DNA from: a virus
Taxonomy: Duplodnaviria > Caudoviricetes
IMG/VR virus record: IMGVR_UViG_3300017448_000045
Location: 1 to 26,268 of that record
DNA length: 26,268 nt
Strand: one strand, 5' to 3'
Below the pieces are notes generated by a model, which was given only the letters and a program-made list of their open reading frames with translations, had not been told where the DNA came from and did not search any database. Position 1 is the stretch's first letter. Each line of letters opens with the position of its first letter. Positions 6,189 to 13,395 of this stretch are shown here, piece by piece. The translations under genes were made by a program, and so were the position numbers.

Positions 6189-9100
6189 TTACTGAAGGAC
6201 TAATCGCGGCGTGACCTGATAGGTGGGATTGATGGTGCATCCCGCTCCCGCCGTGTAGGAGCTGGTCGAATACAAAACTGGTTGTGCGGCAATTGCCCAG
6301 ATCGGCACAACGAAGTCGGCGACGTCGCCGAGAGGCGTTGCCACTCCAACCGACAGAGTTACCGTGCCGAGAGGCTTAGTGACTGCGGCCACTCCGGAGG
6401 GATCGCGATAAATCACATTCAGGACGACGGTCGTGTTCCCGGTGCAGCCGGTTCCTGATGCGGTGAGCGAAACCGTTGCCCAGAATTGAAAAGCAGTGTT
6501 GACGGTGCCCGTGGTGAACATCGTAGTCGAGCCGATGTTCGTCGTCGTCGCTGCAGATTGCGTGTTGTAGACGACAGTGCCAGGGGCAAATGGCCCGAGG
6601 TCCACCAAGGGTAGGGAACTAGACGCGGTTTGCGTCGAAGGCGGATTCGTCGGCAGGTTAAAAGTTCCCGAGGTTGCGAGAACGACTCCGACGTAAGTTC
6701 CAAACGGACACGGCCCATTGCCGCCCGAATCGACGGCCACACCCGCCGTTCCGGAAGTGCAGAGTGTGTCGTGCAGAGTTGCCGAGCCGCTGACGTTCAC
6801 GAAAGCATTGCCGTGTTTGATGACGATGACGGGGTTGGCCGTTGTGAACTGGACGCCGATCACGCCGGTTGCGTTCGCCGGGCAATCTTGAATCTGAATA
6901 TTGTTTCCGGAGACCTGGCATCCCAGATTCCACTTCGTGACTGGAGAGCCAGCGCGATAAGTTTCCGCGACCCAGACCAAGCCAGGAATTCCCGTGCTCG
7001 AACTGACGCCGCCCGCACGCACGATAACCGGAGCTGCCGATGTGGGTCCGGTGCCGGTTTCATCCGCACCGCGAAGGATCAGTCCGCCAGTGAGATTATT
7101 CCCTGCTCCGTTGAAGTCGTTCGAGCCGGTGATGGTGACGGTCGAAGTTAATCCCTGCCCACTGATCAGCGCGAGAACGATTGCTCCCAGCCCGTTGCAT
7201 TGCGCAGTTGTGTCGAAAGAGAAGCTTCCCACGCTGCATCGTCCGAAGCCCGCATCGAGCGCGGTCGAGCCGCCGATTCCAAAGTTCATGTAGCCGCCGC
7301 CGGTCATCGTGAAACCGTAGGTGGTATCTGCGTTCGCGCGCGTTCTCCACACGAGATTTGAGAGCGAGACCACAACATCGGTGTGGCCTTGCAGGAAAGT
7401 TCCCGCCACTCCGGGATTTGCGCCTTCGCATTTATTGAAGCTGGAGCACTCGCCGAGAAGCGCGCTGCTGTCGTCGCTGTAGATGGTGCCGCAGCCCGTC
7501 CCGCCCACTTTCCCAGCATGGATGTCGTTGAAGAGGGAATTCACATCGATGTGAACGCAGGTGGCATAGCCCGCCGCTTCGCTGAGGTTAATCGTGTTCT
7601 TGGTTGTGTTGACCCCGATCACTGCGGTGCTGTTCTGTCCGCCGCCGTCGTTCTCGGAGAACCATCCGGGCCCGACGATACAACCGTTGCAATTCAGCGC
7701 GAGAGGAATGGAGTTTACGTAGGAGCCGTCGGTGTGCCCCGTCAGGCCGTTCAAGCCGTTGGTGACCGCGATGAAGATTGTTCCGGTGCCGCCGCTGACG
7801 CAGTTATTGGCCGTGATGTCGCAGGGGGTTCCCTGAAAGCCGGTGACTTCTAAGTCTGCGGTTCCGCTCTGCACCGAAATCGCGCGAGCCGCTTGAAAAA
7901 CTTTCAAGTTGTAGGCGCGAGGCTGGTTGTTAAATCCTCCTGCTCCCCACTGGCTTTGCCCCGCATAATTAACGGCCGTCGATGCTGAGAAATCCAGCGC
8001 CGGGGGATTGCGTGTCATCTGCGATCCGCAGGGCGCCGTCGAAACGGTGAACGTCGAAGTTGTGATCGGCCAATTCGGAGTCAGCGAACCATCGGAATTT
8101 GCGATATAGGTCGGCGCGGGTGTGACGATGCAGAAGTTTGTTCCGCCCGCTGTCGTCATGTACGCCCCGCAACCAATAGTCGGAAAGACTAGGTTCGCTG
8201 TTTGACATTCCGAGGGGATCGCGATCTGCACGCTACCTGGCCCACCCAAAGTCACCGAACCGATCGGCGAGGGAAGGGAAGGGCCGCTCGATGTAAGGTG
8301 GACAAGTTGAGCCTGGTAGACGCCCGCTGCCATCGACCCCGCAACCGCCGTCAGCGTGGGTGCCGAGACAGGAGCCGGTACAGCTAAATTGCGGAATCCA
8401 TCCCGAACCGTTACGTTCTGCAAAACCTGACCGTTGCAATTTGTGTTATAAAACGCACCTCCTCCCTGGTGATTTGTCGTCGCGTCGCGGATGGTGAGGT
8501 TGTCGATTTCTGGACAGGGATCGAGGTTCGAGCCGAGGCCGTACTGGTTGCCGCCGAAGGCGTAGGCCCCAGGGGTGCCGACTTCAATCGTGGTAACGCC
8601 GCCGACTTCGCCTCCGCTGTACATCACGCCGGGAGCGCTATCGGCCTCAATGCGGACATGGCCTAAGAGCGGCAAGCAGACTTGTGCTCCCGCCTGACAA
8701 GCAGTGAGCGTGTGCGAACCTGGCGGAAGTTTAAATACGCCGAGATTGTTGGCCGTGGCGTACTGCAACGCCACATTGAGGAGCGAGGTTTGATCGATTG
8801 TGGGAACGGTTGTGCCAGTCGTGAACTGGAGATTGTTGATGCCAAACATGCACGGAAACGGTATGCCGGTTCCGACGTCGCAAAACCAGCCTTGTGCGGT
8901 GGCTTCAATAAAATTAGAGCCAGCAAGCCCCGTGCCTATAACGGTGCTCTGTGCTTGCGTAAGGCAACCCACAGCCCCAACGGCACCAGCGCCGCATGGA
9001 CCTGCGGGACTACTACCTCCGCCACCTCCGAAAGTCTGATCGGGGATGAAATACGGGGCGACGTTCTGTCCGTAGAACTGAATGGTGACCGGGAGCGAGG

Positions 9101-9383
9101 TCGTGGGAACGTAGAAGTGGTAGTTCCCGAGGCCATCGGCTTGGACTGGGTTCGGGGAAGTGCAGGATAAATCGGTCAGCGAGGCGCAGAGCAAGGCTTT
9201 CGGCGAACAGGGCGTCGTTGAGGTCGTTGCGGGCTGGGTGCAGACGGCCACAAAAGCGCCTCCGGCGGGCTGGCCGGAGCGGGAGGAGACAACCCCGTCC
9301 GAGCGCACGTTCTGGGCGTGGGCGAAACAGGCGCAGAGAAGCAGCGCGGTGGCAAAGAGAAGGCGTGAGGTTTTATCGCTCAT
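6189..9383 (-). CDS. Tailspike/tail-fibre-like protein (1064 aa) with signal peptide
   Basis: Start revised to ATG 9383. MSDKTSRLLFATALLLCACFAHA/Q signal. Head-binding-like domain (GQPAGGAFVAV...NPVQADGLGNYHFY). Beta-helix entry motif (DQTSLLNVAL...FKLPPGSH). Gly/Thr/Asn-rich. Located after the ejection genes. Confidence 0.85.
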   Translation of the reverse strand: MSDKTSRLLFATALLLCACFAHAQNVRSDGVVSSRSGQPAGGAFVAVCTQPATTSTTPCSPKALLCASLTDLSCTSPNPVQADGLGNYHFYVPTTSLPVTIQFYGQNVAPYFIPDQTFGGGGGSSPAGPCGAGAVGAVGCLTQAQSTVIGTGLAGSNFIEATAQGWFCDVGTGIPFPCMFGINNLQFTTGTTVPTIDQTSLLNVALQYATANNLGVFKLPPGSHTLTACQAGAQVCLPLLGHVRIEADSAPGVMYSGGEVGGVTTIEVGTPGAYAFGGNQYGLGSNLDPCPEIDNLTIRDATTNHQGGGAFYNTNCNGQVLQNVTVRDGFRNLAVPAPVSAPTLTAVAGSMAAGVYQAQLVHLTSSGPSLPSPIGSVTLGGPGSVQIAIPSECQTANLVFPTIGCGAYMTTAGGTNFCIVTPAPTYIANSDGSLTPNWPITTSTFTVSTAPCGSQMTRNPPALDFSASTAVNYAGQSQWGAGGFNNQPRAYNLKVFQAARAISVQSGTADLEVTGFQGTPCDITANNCVSGGTGTIFIAVTNGLNGLTGHTDGSYVNSIPLALNCNGCIVGPGWFSENDGGGQNSTAVIGVNTTKNTINLSEAAGYATCVHIDVNSLFNDIHAGKVGGTGCGTIYSDDSSALLGECSSFNKCEGANPGVAGTFLQGHTDVVVSLSNLVWRTRANADTTYGFTMTGGGYMNFGIGGSTALDAGFGRCSVGSFSFDTTAQCNGLGAIVLALISGQGLTSTVTITGSNDFNGAGNNLTGGLILRGADETGTGPTSAAPVIVRAGGVSSSTGIPGLVWVAETYRAGSPVTKWNLGCQVSGNNIQIQDCPANATGVIGVQFTTANPVIVIKHGNAFVNVSGSATLHDTLCTSGTAGVAVDSGGNGPCPFGTYVGVVLATSGTFNLPTNPPSTQTASSSLPLVDLGPFAPGTVVYNTQSAATTTNIGSTTMFTTGTVNTAFQFWATVSLTASGTGCTGNTTVVLNVIYRDPSGVAAVTKPLGTVTLSVGVATPLGDVADFVVPIWAIAAQPVLYSTSSYTAGAGCTINPTYQVTPRLVLQ

Positions 9384-9423
9384 GGGAATGATGGGGGTCG
9401 AAAGAAGTTGATTGCGAAAAGTT

Positions 9424-10749
9424 CTATCTGGGGTTGGCGATCCGTGCAGTGCGGGCTTTCCGTGCGGCATCCAGTGATTTCTGTAACTGCGGCGTGAGAT
9501 CATCGGGCGATGCGAAGCCGAGATCGCGCGGCGGTTTGGCTGATACTCTCTTGCCGTTCACGATCTTTCCCACGTAAGTGCTGTTGTTTTTCAGTTCCGT
9601 CCACGCCTTGCCTTTGGACGACGCGTTCTCGAAGTCTTTGGCCTGCTCCGGGCTCACATCCCCGTGAATGTAGGTTCCGCCTGGAGTAGAAGCCTCAAAT
9701 TCTCGCGTTGCGGGATCGTACTTATAGGAACGGATAGCGCTCGACTTGACGGCGGTGTGGCCTTCGGGAATGTTTCCTTCCAAGCCTTCGTTCAGCAGGC
9801 CGCCGAGTTTTCCGGTATCGACGGGCGCGGTGGTAATTTTCGGTTCTGCGATGGAGCGCACCATCGCGCCTGCTCTGCCTCGAACTGGAACCTGTTCCAA
9901 CGCGGCGGCGGGATCGGCCACGCGTTCGGGACCGCGCGCGAGTGAATTCGCCTGCAAGACTTCGGGCGCGGGCGTTTCTGGGAATCGCGCGCCAGGAAAA
10001 ACTCCGGGATTGTCAGGGAGATGCGCACCGGGGTAGACGGGCGGCTCCGGCGGAATATATTTGCCGCGCAGATCGAGCGGTCCCGGGCCGCCCTTGCCCC
10101 ACTGAATACCGTTGGTTTCCGGAATCGGCGCGGGTGCGGGTTCGGGGGTTGGGCCGTGAATGGCTTCACTTACATCTTCAAACGTTGGCTTCGGGACACT
10201 GCGCCCAAAAAAGGGAACGTGCGACCGAATCTCGCGGCCTGCCAGACCGCCAAGGCGGCTCACGACTCCCGGCGCGGCGCTGGACGCGCTGGTTGCGGGA
10301 CGCGGCGCTACTTCGCTGCTGACTGTTTCGGGCGCAATCTCCCCCGCCTCACCTTCCGCGCCGGGAAGCATCATCAATGCGCCGTTCTCTAAAATCTGCG
10401 AGGGCAGCCGTTTAGTAGGAGCAGCATTTCGCTCCATCGCGGAGCCAACCAGGGGAACCTTCGATAACACTCCAGGGGCTTTATCGTGGGAGAAAGAGGA
10501 TGCGATTCCCGGCGCGCTGACCTGGTACAGATTGCGCCCCATCCCTTTCGCGACATCACCCGCAGGAGTAGGCGTGGCATCGACGTTCGGATCACCAATC
10601 AAAAATGAGGGATGCATCGAAATCCGCGGGCCAGTGACTTGCGGAGGCGCGATCGGGCTGGCCGCCGAGCGTTCCGCCGGAATGAAGTCGGGCGCAGTTT
10701 GCGCAGGAATAAAATCCGGAGTCTCGGTGGCTTGTTGAGGCTCAGCCAT
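9424..10749 (-). CDS. Putative ejection/internal virion protein with C-terminal KTSC domain
   Basis: Pro/Ala-rich. VKSSAIRSYKYDPATREF...GTYIHGDVSPEQAKDFENASSKGK matches the KTSC consensus. TAATG coupling to the upstream gene. Confidence 0.75.
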   Translation of the reverse strand: MAEPQQATETPDFIPAQTAPDFIPAERSAASPIAPPQVTGPRISMHPSFLIGDPNVDATPTPAGDVAKGMGRNLYQVSAPGIASSFSHDKAPGVLSKVPLVGSAMERNAAPTKRLPSQILENGALMMLPGAEGEAGEIAPETVSSEVAPRPATSASSAAPGVVSRLGGLAGREIRSHVPFFGRSVPKPTFEDVSEAIHGPTPEPAPAPIPETNGIQWGKGGPGPLDLRGKYIPPEPPVYPGAHLPDNPGVFPGARFPETPAPEVLQANSLARGPERVADPAAALEQVPVRGRAGAMVRSIAEPKITTAPVDTGKLGGLLNEGLEGNIPEGHTAVKSSAIRSYKYDPATREFEASTPGGTYIHGDVSPEQAKDFENASSKGKAWTELKNNSTYVGKIVNGKRVSAKPPRDLGFASPDDLTPQLQKSLDAARKARTARIANPR

Positions 10750-12098
10750 TACGGTTTATACCAGCCCGTTCCTTTCGGGCCGTTCTCTTTGTAAACGTAA
10801 TTGGCGGGCACGGTCGTGGGACGCTGCGGCTCGCCGCCGCCTTTATTCTCCCCGCCGCTGCTGGTGAGTGCGTCCATTCTTCGCCGGGTGAATTTCTCGA
10901 CTACGTCCATCGTCTTCAACATCGACGCGCGCTGATCGGCTGTGAGGGTCTCGCCGCTTTCGAGTTTCTTTCCCAGAGCTTCAAGATCGCCCAGCGCCGA
11001 GCGTGTTCCCTTGGCGAGTGAGACTTCGTTCTGATTCAATCGCAGCTTGGCGAGGGATTCCGGCTTGGTCACGCCGATGAAATTCATCAAGAGGCCGTAA
11101 TCGTTGGTCGCGCTGGGGGAGGCCGCGAATTCGCGCGATTCGGCGATCTCGTCGATCACGCCTTGTAGCGGATCGAGCGCTTTCTTGTTGGCGTCGGCGG
11201 CTTTGGTTTGCTGTGTCACCCCCGCCCCGGTGGTTCCCGGCAAGCCTTCCGCGGGCGGCTTCACGATGTGTCCGCTCTTCGGATCCCATGCTCCGGTGAC
11301 GTGGCCCTTGTCGTCGTAGAGCGGCATGTAACTCCCCGGCTCCTGTTTGCCGCGCTCCGCGATGGCCTTGCGCGCAGTCTCGCGATTCGCTGGAGTGTCG
11401 GTCAATTTATTCGCGGCCAGGTAGTCGCCGATGTCCTGCTGTTTGTCTTTCACTTGCGGATCCTGCTTCGCCTGGTTCACTGCGGCATAGGCTTCGAGGT
11501 AAGAGTAGGGGTTTCCAGTTTGCGGATTCACGCGCGGAGTGCCGCTCTCGCCCGTCATCAGATCGTGGATCGTAGTCTCTTCCGGAGTTAATCCCTGTTT
11601 CTGTCCGCCATTCTTTCTCAGCGTCTCGGCCTGCTGGCGTTCTAGTTCAGCGCGCGCTTGATTTTGTTCGGCCTGCGCTTCTTTGTCCTGCTCGGCGATG
11701 GGCGCTTCGTATTCGGCGGTGGCGTTCTTGTAGTTTTGCTCCGCGCGCTGCTCTGGCATCTGGTTAAAGATTCGATTGGTAATCGGGTTGATGGCAGCGA
11801 GAGAGTGACCAACCTTTCCCCAACCGTGCGGCTCCGGTGGAGCGTAATCTTTCCACGAAGGGCGCGGGGCGGGCGGGGTGGAGTCCGGACCGTGATACGT
11901 CGAAGGCTGCCCAGCGCGCGCTTCCAGATCGCCCAGCGAGCCCACAGCGGGCATCGGAGCCGAAGAGGTAACCGGAGGGGCGGACGGCGGCGGTCCTGCG
12001 TCTGACGGCGGAGGCGCAACCGGAGCGTAGCCGCCGTTTCGCAGCAGGTCCTCTTCGTCGTCGTAAATTCCAACCGGAGCGTAATCGTAGCCGTCCAT
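10749..12098 (-). CDS. Putative DNA ejection protein (P22 gp20/T7 gp15 position)
   Basis: Helical, Gln/Ala-rich, Cys-free. NDYGLLMNF...KPES...NEV motif. Synteny. TGATG coupling. Confidence 0.65.
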   Translation of the reverse strand: MDGYDYAPVGIYDDEEDLLRNGGYAPVAPPPSDAGPPPSAPPVTSSAPMPAVGSLGDLEARAGQPSTYHGPDSTPPAPRPSWKDYAPPEPHGWGKVGHSLAAINPITNRIFNQMPEQRAEQNYKNATAEYEAPIAEQDKEAQAEQNQARAELERQQAETLRKNGGQKQGLTPEETTIHDLMTGESGTPRVNPQTGNPYSYLEAYAAVNQAKQDPQVKDKQQDIGDYLAANKLTDTPANRETARKAIAERGKQEPGSYMPLYDDKGHVTGAWDPKSGHIVKPPAEGLPGTTGAGVTQQTKAADANKKALDPLQGVIDEIAESREFAASPSATNDYGLLMNFIGVTKPESLAKLRLNQNEVSLAKGTRSALGDLEALGKKLESGETLTADQRASMLKTMDVVEKFTRRRMDALTSSGGENKGGGEPQRPTTVPANYVYKENGPKGTGWYKP

Positions 12099-12616
12099 CA
12101 GCCCTTCCCTTGTCCGGTTGCCGTGTTTATGTAATTCGTGGCAATCTGATCACCGCTTGGTCCTGCCGCTCTTGCGCCCAACGTTCCCGGTCCCAGTCCG
12201 TACATACTGGTGCTTGCGTTCAGGTTTCCGGCTTCGAGCTGGTCGAGCCCGTACATCCCGGCTTCCCGGTTCGTCATTTTCTCTTTTTGCAGATTCGCCG
12301 CCGCCGTGCCTGCGGTCTGGCCTTCTTCGAGCGCGAGTTGGTCTTCTTGAGCGGGCAGGTTGGAATCGTTGCGCGTGGCCGCCGCATCGTTTTTCGCCTG
12401 GAAGCCTGCGGTTCCGAACGGGGCCGTGGCCGCGCCCATTTCAGAAGTTGTGGCCGCCGCTTCTTCTTCCGGACTCATGTACCCGGTATCCATCAGCGAG
12501 GTGTAGCCGGGGATGAGGGTGTTTTCGAGCTGCTGCGCTTTCTGGCCCTGTTGCCCCGCGACCGCGTTGGTGGTTTGTAAGTTTGAGTCTGCCGCTTGCG
12601 ATTGTCCGCGTGCCAT
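12098..12616 (-). CDS. Putative DNA ejection/pilot protein (P22 gp7/T7 gp14 position)
   Basis: Ala/Gln/Gly/Asn-rich low-complexity 172 aa directly after the GNAT-like gene. Confidence 0.6.
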   Translation of the reverse strand: MARGQSQAADSNLQTTNAVAGQQGQKAQQLENTLIPGYTSLMDTGYMSPEEEAAATTSEMGAATAPFGTAGFQAKNDAAATRNDSNLPAQEDQLALEEGQTAGTAAANLQKEKMTNREAGMYGLDQLEAGNLNASTSMYGLGPGTLGARAAGPSGDQIATNYINTATGQGKG

Positions 12617-12617
12617 C

Positions 12618-13013
12618 TCAGGCGCTCACTTTCCGGCTATAGCAGGTCCACAACGGATGCACCCAGCCCAGGCGCAACAGCGTAAGGTGCAATTTCTTAT
12701 CGACAATCTCGGGCGGCAAAAAGGCGTGCACGTCTTCGATCCCGGCGCGCGCCGCCGGCGCATTCAATTCCTGGTTGAGCACCAGCAGTTTTCCCAACCG
12801 CTCCCGCTTGGTTTCTTCCGGAGAGAAAACCCAGTAGGCTTCCGAGGTCTTGCGCAAGAAGGCGGCATGGGTCACGCGCCCTTGTTCCTCGATCACCGCG
12901 CGCACCAGCATGGAAGGCGCGTCGAGGTCCGGCAATTCGTAGGCGAGGCCCTGCGCTGCATGTAGCGCTTTCACTTCCGAAAAATCTTCGCGCATGTAAG
13001 GACGAATCAACAT
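12618..13013 (-). CDS. GNAT-fold-like virion assembly protein (P22 gp14/T7 gp13 position)
   Basis: MLIRPYMREDF start, LLRLGW near the C-terminus, alternating alpha/beta pattern. Canonical position before ejection genes. Confidence 0.65.
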   Translation of the reverse strand: MLIRPYMREDFSEVKALHAAQGLAYELPDLDAPSMLVRAVIEEQGRVTHAAFLRKTSEAYWVFSPEETKRERLGKLLVLNQELNAPAARAGIEDVHAFLPPEIVDKKLHLTLLRLGWVHPLWTCYSRKVSA

Positions 13014-13019
13014 GAAGTG

Positions 13020-13181
13020 TTATCCGCGGATGTGTGTCGGATCGATCGGCGGCAGCGGCGTGCGGTTTCCCGGCGCCGGCGTAACGTTGAGGTTCACGTA
13101 GTTCTGGATTTTCTGCACTGCTTCCCCGAGTTTGGGGTCGATTTTCTGGATGCGGTCAAGATTGGGGATGGTAACTGCCAT
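13020..13181 (-). CDS. Hypothetical 53-aa protein
   Basis: MAVTIPNLDRIQKIDPKLGEAVQKIQNYVNLNVTPAPGNRTPLPPIDPTHIRG*. SD AGGAG. Fills the operon gap; not in the ORF track. Confidence 0.7.
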   Translation of the reverse strand: MAVTIPNLDRIQKIDPKLGEAVQKIQNYVNLNVTPAPGNRTPLPPIDPTHIRG

Positions 13182-13395
13182 CGGGCACGGCTCCTACGAA
13201 ACGGAATACACGTTCTTGCTCGGAAGGCTGCGTCTCGGCAATGTTTTTGTGAACTGTGCAGTAAAAGCCGGCGGCTTCAAACTTCGGCCCGCGCGGGTGA
13301 ATCTTTCTTTTCTTCTCTTCTTCCGTGTGAGGGAAGCGAGTAACCAGCAGCTCCGCCCATTGCGCCGGATCCGGACAGAGCTTGCACGCTCTCAT
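13156..13395 (-). CDS. Small putative Zn-binding protein (CxxC...CxxH)
   Basis: ATG abuts the upstream TAG. CKLC and YCTVH motifs. Confidence 0.6.
   Translation of the reverse strand: MRACKLCPDPAQWAELLVTRFPHTEEEKKRKIHPRGPKFEAAGFYCTVHKNIAETQPSEQERVFRFVGAVPDGSYHPQS

Noticed and set aside
9315-9383. Lipoprotein signal (LLLC/LCAC) on the spike
   Set aside because: Not a canonical lipobox. The AHA/Q signal peptidase I site fits better, though SignalP should confirm.
9384-9503. Track start at 9503 for the spike, which would bury the signal peptide
   Set aside because: It overlaps the upstream gene by 80 nt and adds a non-protein-like extension. ATG 9383 follows a clean 40-nt spacer.
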